Shown one piece after another: positions 20,305 to 29,928 of a DNA stretch of 64,000 nucleotides. The notes beneath the pieces were generated by a model. That model worked only from the letters and a program-made list of their open reading frames with translations, made no database searches and was not told the origin of the DNA. Positions within the stretch are counted from its first letter, which is position 1, and the number at the start of each line of letters is the position of its first letter. The stretch spans positions 17,777 through 81,776 of the forward strand of contig DAMCTP010000001.1 of assembly GCA_032113595.1 (NCBI GenBank). The letters are read 5' to 3'. Made by a program: the position numbers and the translations under genes. This DNA comes from Pseudogracilibacillus sp. Its GTDB lineage: Bacteria; Bacillota; Bacilli; Bacillales; Amphibacillaceae.

Positions 20305-21927
20305 ATGATTTCAGTTACTGACGTTAGTCTACGATTCGGAGACAAAAAACTTTTTGAAAATGTTAATATTCAGTTTAATAGTGGAAACTGTTATGGTGTT
20401 ATCGGTGCCAATGGTGCTGGTAAATCAACTTTTTTAAAAATTTTAGCTGGTGAAATTGAGCCACAAAAAGGACATGTTTCATTGGACTCAGGCAAAAGAA
20501 TGGCTGTTTTGAAACAGGACCATTTTGCCTTTGAAGATGAACAAGTATTAGAAACTGTGTTAATGGGACATGAACGTTTATATAAGGTTATGCACGAGAA
20601 AGATGCCATTTATTTAAAAACAGATTTCACCGAAGAAGATGGTATGAAGGCAGCCGAATTAGAAGCGGAATTTGCTGAATTAAATGGCTGGGAGGCCCAT
20701 TCTGATGCCGCTATTTTATTAACAGGCCTTGGGGTAGGGGAAGCACTTCATGAAAAAAAGATGGCAGATTTAAAAATCGAAGATAAAGTAAAAGTATTAC
20801 TTGCCCAGGCTTTGTTCGGGAACCCGGATGTTCTACTGTTGGACGAGCCAACGAACGGACTAGATATTCAAGCCATCCACTGGTTGGAGGATTTCTTATT
20901 ACACTTTGAAAATACCGTCATCGTCGTATCACATGACCGCCATTTTCTCAATAAGGTTTGTACACATATTGCGGATGTTGATTTTGGTAAAATACAAATT
21001 TATATTGGAAATTACGACTTTTGGTATGAATCCAGCCAATTGGCCGCTAAAATGGCAAAAGAGGAAAACAAGAAAAAGGAAGAAAAGATGAAAGATTTAC
21101 AAGCATTTATTGCCCGATTTAGTGCGAATGCTTCAAAATCAAAACAAGCCACTTCAAGGCGTAAATTGTTAGAAAGTATTACATTAGATGATATTCAACC
21201 ATCCTCCCGACGTTATCCATATGTTGCCTTTAATGCTGAACGAGAAATCGGTAATGATCTGCTACGGGTAAACGGCCTCACGAAGACAATAAATGGACAA
21301 AAGATTTTAGATGATGTTTCCTTCATTATCAATAGAAATGAAAAAGTCGCCTTCGTTAGCAAAAATGATTTAGTTAATACAACTCTTTTCCAAATTTTAA
21401 CGGGGGAAATGGAAACAGATGCCGGTGAATTTCATTGGGGAGTGACAACATCACGATCATATTTTCCAAAAGATAACTCTGCATATTTCGATAATAATTC
21501 ATTACCATTAGTAGATTGGTTAAGACAATTTTCCCCTGAGGATGAAACAGAGACTTTTTTAAGAAGCTTTTTGGGCCGAATGTTATTTTCCGGTGAAGAG
21601 GCATTAAAACAAGCCAATGTCTTATCAGGTGGAGAAAAAGTTCGCTGTATGCTATCAAAGATGATGTTATCAAATGCTAACGTATTAATTTTTGATGAGC
21701 CGACCAGTCACTTAGATTTAGAGTCAATAACAGCGTTAAACAATGGGCTAATTAAATTTAAAGGATCGATTTTATTTACTTCTAGTGACCATCAGTTTGT
21801 TAATAGTATTGCTAATCGATTGATAGAAATTACTCCAAGTGGTATTGTCGATAAAGTGATGCGCTATGATGATTATACGAGGGATTTTGAATTACAAAAA
21901 ACTATTGAGGAAATGTATGTAAATTAA
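20305..21927 (+). CDS. ABC-F family ATPase (YkpA/YbiT-like)
   Basis: Two ABC domains (GANGAGKS, LLLDEPTN; LSGGEK, IFDEPTSHLD), linker GNYDFWYESSQL and no TM segments. Start moved to ATG 20305 after GGAGG. Confidence 0.92.
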   Translation: MISVTDVSLRFGDKKLFENVNIQFNSGNCYGVIGANGAGKSTFLKILAGEIEPQKGHVSLDSGKRMAVLKQDHFAFEDEQVLETVLMGHERLYKVMHEKDAIYLKTDFTEEDGMKAAELEAEFAELNGWEAHSDAAILLTGLGVGEALHEKKMADLKIEDKVKVLLAQALFGNPDVLLLDEPTNGLDIQAIHWLEDFLLHFENTVIVVSHDRHFLNKVCTHIADVDFGKIQIYIGNYDFWYESSQLAAKMAKEENKKKEEKMKDLQAFIARFSANASKSKQATSRRKLLESITLDDIQPSSRRYPYVAFNAEREIGNDLLRVNGLTKTINGQKILDDVSFIINRNEKVAFVSKNDLVNTTLFQILTGEMETDAGEFHWGVTTSRSYFPKDNSAYFDNNSLPLVDWLRQFSPEDETETFLRSFLGRMLFSGEEALKQANVLSGGEKVRCMLSKMMLSNANVLIFDEPTSHLDLESITALNNGLIKFKGSILFTSSDHQFVNSIANRLIEITPSGIVDKVMRYDDYTRDFELQKTIEEMYVN

Positions 21928-21963
21928 ACAGCGGAACAATTAGACAAATGGTGGTGAATACAC

Positions 21964-23541
21964 TTGAAAACATTATGGTATAATGGCAGCCTTTTTACGA
22001 TGAATAGTAAGTCCGAAACAATTGAAGCATTGTTGACTGAAAATGGCAAAATTGTAGACATTGGCACATTTGACATGTTAAAAAACAAGGCCGAAAAGAA
22101 AATTGATTTAAAAGGAGCATATTTATATCCAGGCTTTACTGATAGCCATATGCATATGATTGCACATGGACAAAAATTACTACGATTGGATTTATCAAAT
22201 GTCACCTCATCAACAGAAATGATGGTCATGCTTGAGAATGCTTATCCTAATTTATCAGCAGACGAATGGTTTATTGGTGAAGGCTGGGATGAAAATATGT
22301 TTCCCGATAAAAAGATCTTCACTCGATATGAACTAGATCATGTGACAAATTCTCCGATGATATTAATCAGAACTTGTCATCATGTCGCAATTGTAAATTC
22401 AAAGGCATTACAATTAGCAGGTATAACAAGGGAAACACCTGATCCCGAGGACGGTGTCATTGAACGGGATGAACATGGTGAACCTACAGGCTATGTAAAA
22501 GAAGGCGCAATGCACCGAATATTAGGGCTCATTCCTAATCCAACAGAAGAATGGTTGACAACGGCATTACAAACTTCTGTTGAACATTTGCTTTCACTTG
22601 GTTTAACAGGGGCTGTGACTGACGATTTGGGATATAATGAAAATTTTCTCGCACCATTCAATGCTTTTAAAAAAGTCATTGGACAAAATAAAAACTTTCG
22701 TGTCCATTTAATGTTCCGATCAAATAATTTCATCGATATAATGGAGAAAAAGTTAACTTATGATGATCCTTGGATTGTACCCGGTGAAATGAAGTTTTTT
22801 ATTGATGGTTCGTTAGGTGGTCGCACAGCTTTATTAAGTAATCCTTATGAAGATGATGGGGAAAACTTTGGAACAGCCGTTTTAACAGATAAGGAAATAG
22901 ATGAACTAGTTGCTATGGCCAGGAAATATGGTCAAGCAGTTGCCATCCATATGATTGGTGATCAAGCGATTGAAAAAGGGTTAGATGCAATAGAAAGACA
23001 TCCCGCCCCAGAAGGAAAGTTCGATCGTCTTATCCACGTCAATATTTTACGAGATGATTTAGTCAACCGAATGAAGGGGCTTCCCGTCGTCTTAGATATT
23101 CAGCCTACCTTCGTCGTTTCAGATTTTCCTTGGGTACTAGATTGCTTAACAACAGATAGATTAAAATGGACTTATGCTTGGAAGAAGTTGATTAATGAAG
23201 GCTTTATTTGTGGAGGGGGTTCTGATGCTCCAATTGAAGACCCTAACCCAATACTTGGCATTTATAGTGCCATCTTCAGGAAAAAGCCTACTGAGCAACA
23301 TGACGGCTATTTACCTATGGAAAAATTAAGTAGATTCGAGGCTATTCGTTTATTTACAGCTGGTAATGCGGAATCAATAGGTAAATCTAATCAACGTGGT
23401 AAACTTAACATCGGATTTGATGCTGATTTTACTATTCTTGATCATAATCTATTTCTTGTAAGTGAAGAGGCTATGTTAAATACGAAAGTATTGAAAACAG
23501 TTGTTGCGGGGAAAATAGTCTATGAAAATGATGATATTTGA
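21964..23541 (+). CDS. YtcJ-like amidohydrolase
   Basis: PGFTDSHMH, KFFIDGSLGGRTA, IHMIGD and GSDAP motifs. Confidence 0.9.
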   Translation: MKTLWYNGSLFTMNSKSETIEALLTENGKIVDIGTFDMLKNKAEKKIDLKGAYLYPGFTDSHMHMIAHGQKLLRLDLSNVTSSTEMMVMLENAYPNLSADEWFIGEGWDENMFPDKKIFTRYELDHVTNSPMILIRTCHHVAIVNSKALQLAGITRETPDPEDGVIERDEHGEPTGYVKEGAMHRILGLIPNPTEEWLTTALQTSVEHLLSLGLTGAVTDDLGYNENFLAPFNAFKKVIGQNKNFRVHLMFRSNNFIDIMEKKLTYDDPWIVPGEMKFFIDGSLGGRTALLSNPYEDDGENFGTAVLTDKEIDELVAMARKYGQAVAIHMIGDQAIEKGLDAIERHPAPEGKFDRLIHVNILRDDLVNRMKGLPVVLDIQPTFVVSDFPWVLDCLTTDRLKWTYAWKKLINEGFICGGGSDAPIEDPNPILGIYSAIFRKKPTEQHDGYLPMEKLSRFEAIRLFTAGNAESIGKSNQRGKLNIGFDADFTILDHNLFLVSEEAMLNTKVLKTVVAGKIVYENDDI

Positions 23542-23613
23542 AGTTTGAAAAAAGTTGACGGCAAGTCTACTAGATACTACTGTCGGAAACAAAGTAAAAA
23601 TGTAAGTTGAATG

Positions 23614-23645
23614 GAACATCCTATAGTATTGATGTTCTTTTTTTT
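23614..23645 (+). terminator. Terminator after the ABC-F/amidohydrolase unit
   Basis: GAACATC...GATGTTC followed by T8. Confidence 0.7.
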
Positions 23646-23860
23646 ACTAACGATATAATAAAACGTGAAGTTCTATCACTCTAGGTATTAAACTTCCGTT
23701 GCCGTCACACCAAAGTGACACTCATTTACTTAATAACAATCTTTCATATTTCAAAAATTCCAAAATAAATTATGCAAAATAATGACGATAGCGTAAAACT
23801 GAATACATAGTATCGTCGTCATTCATAATCCTAATGTAAATATAAATCCAACCCTAAACT

Positions 23861-24166
23861 TCAAATACCCTTTCCACCAACGGGTAACGTTGTATTAATC
23901 TTCTTCATTCCAGTAATGATTGGTTTGGCTTTTTGGATTAATATCTGGGAAGCCTCCATTGACAAAGAAGCCCGATGGGCATTCTCATCACTCCAAACTT
24001 CGTAAACATAAACTGAATCAGAATTCTCATCATCTACACTAACGACATACAACAGACAATCATCTAATTCTTCCATCGATTTCGATGCTTCCAACAGTAT
24101 TTCTACCAAAACATCCCTTTTCCCTTCAACAGTAGTAAATTTGTTGTACAATCCAAATTTCTTCAT
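23861..24166 (-). CDS. ABM-family (putative quinol) monooxygenase
   Basis: GKRDVLVEILL...CLLYVVS...VYVYEVW...HRASL pattern. Start moved to ATG 24166 after GGAGG. Confidence 0.85.
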   Translation of the reverse strand: MKKFGLYNKFTTVEGKRDVLVEILLEASKSMEELDDCLLYVVSVDDENSDSVYVYEVWSDENAHRASLSMEASQILIQKAKPIITGMKKINTTLPVGGKGI

Positions 24167-24293
24167 TGCCATTCCTCCATTCATATTAATTCCCAATCCC
24201 GACCGATATAAACCGAAACATCATCCATATATTCTTATATGTTTATTGTTACATAAACTTAATGCAATCCACAAGGTTTATGTTAGATTGAAC

Positions 24294-24353
24294 AAAAAAG
24301 AAGTTCATCTTCGAAGTACAATTAAAACCGTGTACCCCGAAATTGAACTACTT
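24294..24353 (-). repeat. 60-bp hairpin repeat acting as ypuA terminator (related copy at 33670-33730)
   Basis: AGTTCA...GTACAATT...TGTAC...TGAACTACTT with an A-run (U-run on the minus strand). Confidence 0.55.
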
Positions 24354-24388
24354 AACAGACAATGCCGTCATCTTTATTTATTTAAAAA

Positions 24389-25300
24389 TTAACCTTTAGA
24401 ACCAAATAAACTGGCAATACTACTAATAATATTATTAATAACTTCTAAAATTTTATTAAAAAATCCTTCATCAATTTCAATATTCATATCGTCTAATTTA
24501 TCAGTAATCGAAGAAGCAATGTCGTTTAATTGGTCTTTTAATTGATCAAAATCGATATCCAAATCTTTCAGACGATCAAATAAATCAATGAGTAATTGCT
24601 TGTCCTCATCACTCAAATTGACACCCATTTCGGCAAGCTTATCTTCTACGATTCTTTCTACATCTTCTCTAGTAGCGGGTTTTTCTTCAGCAATAATCTT
24701 TTTAATTTCAGCCATAATACTAGCTATCTTCTCATCTGATAATCCTTCTCTATCAGATAGCTCTGTTGTAATTTCAAGTTCATCATTCGCTACTTTCATT
24801 CGCTCTGAATCAAGTTCCTCGCCAACAGCATCATATGCCTTATAAATACCGGCAAGTGCTGAATGACCAGTCACTTGAAGTGGTGATGCTACTTCTACCT
24901 TTGCATTTTCTACACCAGCAGTAATGAGAGCATTTAAGTACATATCACTCGTTACTTGTGTTATATTCTCTGGTGTAATGATGTCAATTACAATGCCATG
25001 TCCGCTTTTTTCATGGGTAATTTTGGCAGAAGAGAACATATTAGAATTAGGGTTTCCACCTATATAGTTTGCATTATCCTGTCCAGATACTGTCAATTCA
25101 TGGTCTATTTCTGTATTAACATTTAGTATGTCTCTTACTTCACTTTTTTGTGCATCACTTAAATTTGCGCCATAAACAACAATCGGTTCTCCGGCAAATT
25201 CGTCAATTACTTGGTCATCGGCATTTGCGATAATTGAGCCTGTAAAAACCACACTCAAGGCAATTAACACTATGCCCAATAACTTACTTAATGATTTCAT
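24389..25300 (-). CDS. ypuA: DUF1002 exported protein (YpuA-like)
   Basis: Signal peptide; VYGANLS, NITQVTSDMYLNALITAG and VTGHSALAGIYKAY. Confidence 0.88.
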   Translation of the reverse strand: MKSLSKLLGIVLIALSVVFTGSIIANADDQVIDEFAGEPIVVYGANLSDAQKSEVRDILNVNTEIDHELTVSGQDNANYIGGNPNSNMFSSAKITHEKSGHGIVIDIITPENITQVTSDMYLNALITAGVENAKVEVASPLQVTGHSALAGIYKAYDAVGEELDSERMKVANDELEITTELSDREGLSDEKIASIMAEIKKIIAEEKPATREDVERIVEDKLAEMGVNLSDEDKQLLIDLFDRLKDLDIDFDQLKDQLNDIASSITDKLDDMNIEIDEGFFNKILEVINNIISSIASLFGSKG

Positions 25301-25457
25301 TTTAAAATTCTCCTTTTTTAATCTTAAGCCTATTTTATGCTTAAATCATATAAATTACAATATTTATCACTATAATGTTATATTGATGTGATAAGATTGC
25401 AACATATTTTCTATTATGTTACAAATAAAATAACTATGAAGAAGGTTTGTGGTTTAG

Positions 25458-25703
25458 ATGGGAATTGTTATTGTCGATGTTTGTAGTGCAAATCAATTAA
25501 CCATATTAGATATAGAAACATTGTTAGAAAAAGAATTTCCTGAAGTAGCAGTTGTCATCAATCAATGTCTTTCTTATTGTGGGCTATGTGCTAGAAGCCC
25601 TTTTGCCCATGTGAATGGTAAATTGATTGCAGGAAGGACACCTGAACAATGTTTGGAGAAAATTCGACAAGCTATAAAAAAAGAACTAGCTATCTACAAT
25701 TAA
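25458..25703 (+). CDS. YuzB/DUF1450-family small Cys-rich protein
   Basis: C...CLSYCGLCARSPFAHVNG pattern. Confidence 0.85.
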   Translation: MGIVIVDVCSANQLTILDIETLLEKEFPEVAVVINQCLSYCGLCARSPFAHVNGKLIAGRTPEQCLEKIRQAIKKELAIYN

Positions 25704-25718
25704 ATGCTAGTTCTTTTT
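25678..25718 (+). terminator. Terminator overlapping the DUF1450 stop
   Basis: AAGAACTAGC / GCTAGTTCTT plus U-run. Confidence 0.7.
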
Positions 25719-25937
25719 CTTTTAACTGATAGTAAGGAGTCTATGGCTCAAATTAGTGACAGTACTATCAACGAATTTGTTCATGCTACACTGTATATAA
25801 AGGAAGCCCAATATATAAAAAACAAGATTACTATTAAATAAATGTTATTTCCAATGGACTATCTTACCGATTTTGTTTAGTATTTTAACAAAATAGCATA
25901 AAATAAGGATTACCATCTGAAAAGAGAGGTCGGCAAT

Positions 25938-27707
25938 ATGATATCAAAAACGATCATTATAGCTATCGTATTATTAATGTTCATTGCAATGTTCTTGGAA
26001 ATAAAGCATCCATCACTAATCGCATTTACGGCTTTGATTATATTTTTTATATTAGGATATATTACTACACCGGATATCATGAGAATGGTTTCGAATGAAG
26101 GGGTATTAACGTTAGCACTATTATTTTTAATCACCTCTGTCATCGAGCGTACTAATGTAATAGATTCTTTACTCCAAAAAATTTTAAAGAAAACAAATTC
26201 AGGAAAAGGAGCCCTAGCAAGTATTACATTCCCTTTGATAGGGATGTCGGCATTCTTTAATAACACACCAATTGTCATTATGATGGTTTCTTCCCTACAA
26301 GATTGGTGCAATAAGAAAAATATTAACGCAAGTAAATTACTTTTATCAGTTTCATATGCAACGATTTTTGGAGGTATGTTTACAATTATTGGCACCTCTA
26401 CTAACCTAGTAGTACACGGATGGTTAGTTGAAAAGGAACTGCGGGGGTTTACCTTTTTTGAATTAGCCCCTTATGCTGCCCTCGGTTCTATTTTCGGGGT
26501 TATTTATCTGCTTTCCATCGGATACAAATTATTGCCTGAAAATAAAACGACAATAGAAAATAGATACAATGATGGTAGGAAATTTCTTTACGAGGCAGAA
26601 ATAAAAAAAGATTGTGTATTAATTAATAAAACAGTTACTTCTAAGGAGTTTCAAAAATTAGACGGCGTGTATTTATTAAAAATTATCAGGGAAAAAGAAA
26701 ATATATCTCCGGTAAATTTAACAGAAAAAATACAAGAAAAGGATATTTTAGTGTTCACTGGTACACTTGAAGGATTGGAAAAAATCGGCGAAATAAAGAA
26801 CCTTCTGATTAAAACAAGTGCTGATATATCAATCAATTCCCTTGAAACAGATGATTCTAAATTAATAGAAGGTGTCGTTTCACATGATGCCTCTATGTTA
26901 CATAGAAAAATAAAGTATTCAGACTTTAGAACGAAATATGATGCATCCATTGTAGCAGTACATCGAAACAATGAATCCATCAATAAGAATGTTGGGGAAG
27001 TCATTGTGAAGCCTGGAGATGTGCTCCTAATGTTGGCCGGAGAAAGGTTTGAGGAATTAGCGTATAAAAATAATGACTTTTATACGTTAACAAATTTACC
27101 AAAAAGAAAATTACTTTCTAGAAATCAAGTCATCCTTTCTATTAGTGGATTTATCGCAATGATCACGATTGTAACATTAGGTATTGTATCAATGTTTGAG
27201 GCGGCACTTATACTAACGACATTGTTTTTATTATTTAATTTATTTGATAAAGAAAAAATGAGAGAAACGATGCACTTTCAAGTATTACTGTTAATCGTTT
27301 CATCGTTAGGTATAGGATTCGTGATAGAATCATCGGGAACTGCAGATTTAATTGCCAATACCATCATACATTTAGTAGCGGAAAGCTTTGGTGTCATTGG
27401 GCTTCTAGTTAGCGTATACTTAGTAACAAACATATTAACGGAAATAGTGACGAATACAGCCGCTGCCGTGATTGTCCTTCCAATCGCCATCAAGATAGCA
27501 GAATTTATAAGTATTGAACCGACGATGTTAGCAATTGTTGTCGCAATAGCAGCATCAGCAAGCTTTTCTACTCCTATTGGATACCAAACAAATTTAATTG
27601 TTTATGGTCCTGGGGGCTACAAGTTCAGTGATTACTTAAAAGTAGGTTTACCGCTCAATTTAATTTTTTTAGTCATGACGATATCAACAGTCTATTTTTT
27701 CATTTAA
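25938..27707 (+). CDS. SLC13/YfbS-like permease with two TrkA-C (RCK_C) domains
   Basis: SAFFNNTPIV, IGTSTNLVV and TPIGYQTNLIVYGPGGYKFSDY; central soluble repeats. Confidence 0.9.
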   Translation: MISKTIIIAIVLLMFIAMFLEIKHPSLIAFTALIIFFILGYITTPDIMRMVSNEGVLTLALLFLITSVIERTNVIDSLLQKILKKTNSGKGALASITFPLIGMSAFFNNTPIVIMMVSSLQDWCNKKNINASKLLLSVSYATIFGGMFTIIGTSTNLVVHGWLVEKELRGFTFFELAPYAALGSIFGVIYLLSIGYKLLPENKTTIENRYNDGRKFLYEAEIKKDCVLINKTVTSKEFQKLDGVYLLKIIREKENISPVNLTEKIQEKDILVFTGTLEGLEKIGEIKNLLIKTSADISINSLETDDSKLIEGVVSHDASMLHRKIKYSDFRTKYDASIVAVHRNNESINKNVGEVIVKPGDVLLMLAGERFEELAYKNNDFYTLTNLPKRKLLSRNQVILSISGFIAMITIVTLGIVSMFEAALILTTLFLLFNLFDKEKMRETMHFQVLLLIVSSLGIGFVIESSGTADLIANTIIHLVAESFGVIGLLVSVYLVTNILTEIVTNTAAAVIVLPIAIKIAEFISIEPTMLAIVVAIAASASFSTPIGYQTNLIVYGPGGYKFSDYLKVGLPLNLIFLVMTISTVYFFI

Positions 27708-27840
27708 GCTAAAATTAAGTAATTATAAGGATTTTTCATAAACAGTTACAGAACATTAAATTATCCTTTTAATTTGGACTACCCTAATTTTAATAGTAAG
27801 AACATTTAACAGAATAATTAAAGGAGGATATCGATATACC

Positions 27841-28191
27841 ATGAGTAAACCTAAGATTTATACGATGAGCTTTGCTAGTGTCTATCCGCATTATGTAACT
27901 AAGGCAGAGAAAAAGGGGCGTACAAAAAAAGAGGTTGACGAAATCATTAGGTGGTTAACTGGATACAGCCAGGAAGGATTTGAAACACAATTAGAAAAAC
28001 AAACAGACTTTGAGACTTTTTTTTCAGAAGCGCCCCAAATGAATCCTTCACGGTCTTTGATTAAAGGTGTGATTTGCGGTATACGAGTGGAGGATATGGA
28101 GAAATCAACCATGCAAGAAATTCGTTACCTAGATAAATTAATCGATGAGTTAGCCAAAGGAAAGACTATGGAAAAAATTTTACGAAAATAA
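27841..28191 (+). CDS. DUF2200 family protein
   Basis: [23 protein letters not shown]...[15 protein letters not shown]. Confidence 0.9.
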   Translation: MSKPKIYTMSFASVYPHYVTKAEKKGRTKKEVDEIIRWLTGYSQEGFETQLEKQTDFETFFSEAPQMNPSRSLIKGVICGIRVEDMEKSTMQEIRYLDKLIDELAKGKTMEKILRK

Positions 28192-28227
28192 AATCCCCAC
28201 AAAGAAAAAAGAAAGGATTGATTAAGG

Positions 28228-28629
28228 ATGAAAAAAGTGACTCCATTTTTAATGTTTCAAGATGGCGTGGCAGAGGAAGCAATGAAGTATTACACATCCC
28301 TTATTGAGGATTCAAGCATCAAAAGCATAACCTATTATGAAGCAAATGAGTCTGGAGAAGAAGGAACAGTTATGCATGCGATATTTTCTTTGAAGGGGCA
28401 AGAATTCATGTGCATTGACAGTAATGTAAAACATGAATTTTCTTTTACGCCTTCGTTTTCCATATACATTACTTGTGATTCTGAACAAGAGATTGATACA
28501 CTTTATAAAAAACTAATTTTGAATGGACAGGCACTCATGCCTCTAGATAACTATGGATTCAGCAAAAAATTTGGGTGGATAAATGATCAGTTTGGAGTAT
28601 CATGGCAACTCAATCTCCCAATTGTTTGA
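28228..28629 (+). CDS. VOC/PhnB-like protein
   Basis: TPFLMF...AEEAMKYY, FTPSFS and FGWINDQFGVSWQL. Confidence 0.9.
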   Translation: MKKVTPFLMFQDGVAEEAMKYYTSLIEDSSIKSITYYEANESGEEGTVMHAIFSLKGQEFMCIDSNVKHEFSFTPSFSIYITCDSEQEIDTLYKKLILNGQALMPLDNYGFSKKFGWINDQFGVSWQLNLPIV

Positions 28630-28777
28630 TTAATAATATTATATGAGTCCGGATAATAAATTCATTAAGAAATTTTACACATCTTAATTACATTTACAGA
28701 GCTCATTTGAATGGTCTTATTATCACGAAATTTTGGTATTCAAACGTTAATTTAATATCACTGTAAATTTCACAATC

Positions 28778-29917
28778 CTATAGCAAAATATCCTTTTTCT
28801 TCTCACGTTTCCAGAGAGTCATCATGTATAAGATAGATGCCAATAGAAGTATACTATAGCATAATGGGACGAACCATTGTGGTAACAAGATGCTTGTAAT
28901 CCTATCGATTAAATAACTGAGCCCAAAGGCAAGTACAATAAAGAAAATAGGGACTTGTAATCCAATGACCGTAATATAATTTGGTGCCAAATGGGAAACG
29001 ATCAAACTGATGAGTACGATGATAAAACCTAATACATAAATGGCTAGTAACGTAAGAATAATATATTGTAGAAAAGTGAAATCATACCAATAATTGTCTC
29101 CGATAAATGTGTTCATCTGTATCTTAAAAAATGGTTCCGGATGGTTTTGTGAATACAACGCTAAATAAACAGTCAATAAACCAGTCATTACGAGGAAAGC
29201 AGAAATAAGTCCTGCCACCATTTTTTTCTTGAATATTGGTCGTCCAATTTTGGCGGTGTATTGTAAATCAAGTACCCGTAAGGATTGGTCCCGTATTAGG
29301 GTTGGTGAAACGAGCAGAACGACACTGACCAAGACAGCAATGGCAATACTTCTCATAATACTTTTAAAATTCATGATGGCAATTTCAGGATAGACAGCAT
29401 AATGTCCAGCTGTTACTATTTCCTTCAATCGTTCTTTTTGTTGACTGTCAGAACTCTCCAAATCATTTCCAACTATTTCATTTTTTGCATCATGGAACTC
29501 TATCAACCTCTCACGTTCTTGTAATTCCCAGAATAAATCAACACCTTCCTCAAACATAATTTTTGAGTGCAATTCCTCTGCCATTTGATTATCAAGATCC
29601 GAGTTTTGGAATGCGTGATAAGAGGTAATTCTGGCTTTTTGTGCATCATTTCGCGCCTGTAAAAATTCATCAGCCTTCCCTGCTTCTATCACGTATTTCT
29701 CCTTAAAATCCGCTAATTCCTTCTCATTCATCTCAGGTCCATAGTTATGAATCATTTCAACACCGATTTTGTACGAATCAAGCGCTGGTCGACCATTAGG
29801 ATAATGCTCAATATCAAAGTCAATCAGAAGGAAATATATTATCAAATTTACAAAAGCCAATACCAATAGTATTTTCCAGTTTAAAATTTTCCGAATTTCA
29901 TTTATAATTATCCACAT
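28778..29917 (-). CDS. ABC-2-type permease-like membrane protein with large extracytoplasmic loop
   Basis: N-terminal TM, long loop and about 5 C-terminal TMs (LQYTAKIGR). Start moved to ATG 29917 after AAGGAG. Confidence 0.75.
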   Translation of the reverse strand: MWIIINEIRKILNWKILLVLAFVNLIIYFLLIDFDIEHYPNGRPALDSYKIGVEMIHNYGPEMNEKELADFKEKYVIEAGKADEFLQARNDAQKARITSYHAFQNSDLDNQMAEELHSKIMFEEGVDLFWELQERERLIEFHDAKNEIVGNDLESSDSQQKERLKEIVTAGHYAVYPEIAIMNFKSIMRSIAIAVLVSVVLLVSPTLIRDQSLRVLDLQYTAKIGRPIFKKKMVAGLISAFLVMTGLLTVYLALYSQNHPEPFFKIQMNTFIGDNYWYDFTFLQYIILTLLAIYVLGFIIVLISLIVSHLAPNYITVIGLQVPIFFIVLAFGLSYLIDRITSILLPQWFVPLCYSILLLASILYMMTLWKREKKKDILL

Positions 29918-29928
29918 GAAAATTCTCC

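Noticed and set aside
25743..25841. 32-codon ORF MAQISDSTINEF... after AAGGAG
   Set aside because: SD-to-ATG spacing is only about 3 nt, it lies just after a terminator, and it has no recognisable features.
25910..26395. Longer antisense ORFs in the track (also 59020-59472, 58342-58734, 59996-60394 and others)
   Set aside because: They are shadows of well-supported genes on the opposite strand and show no motifs.
28691..28703. Isolated TIR-like words (also near 27805 and 33415)
   Set aside because: No inverted partner at about 175 bp and no inner GTTGA half; likely chance in AT-rich DNA.
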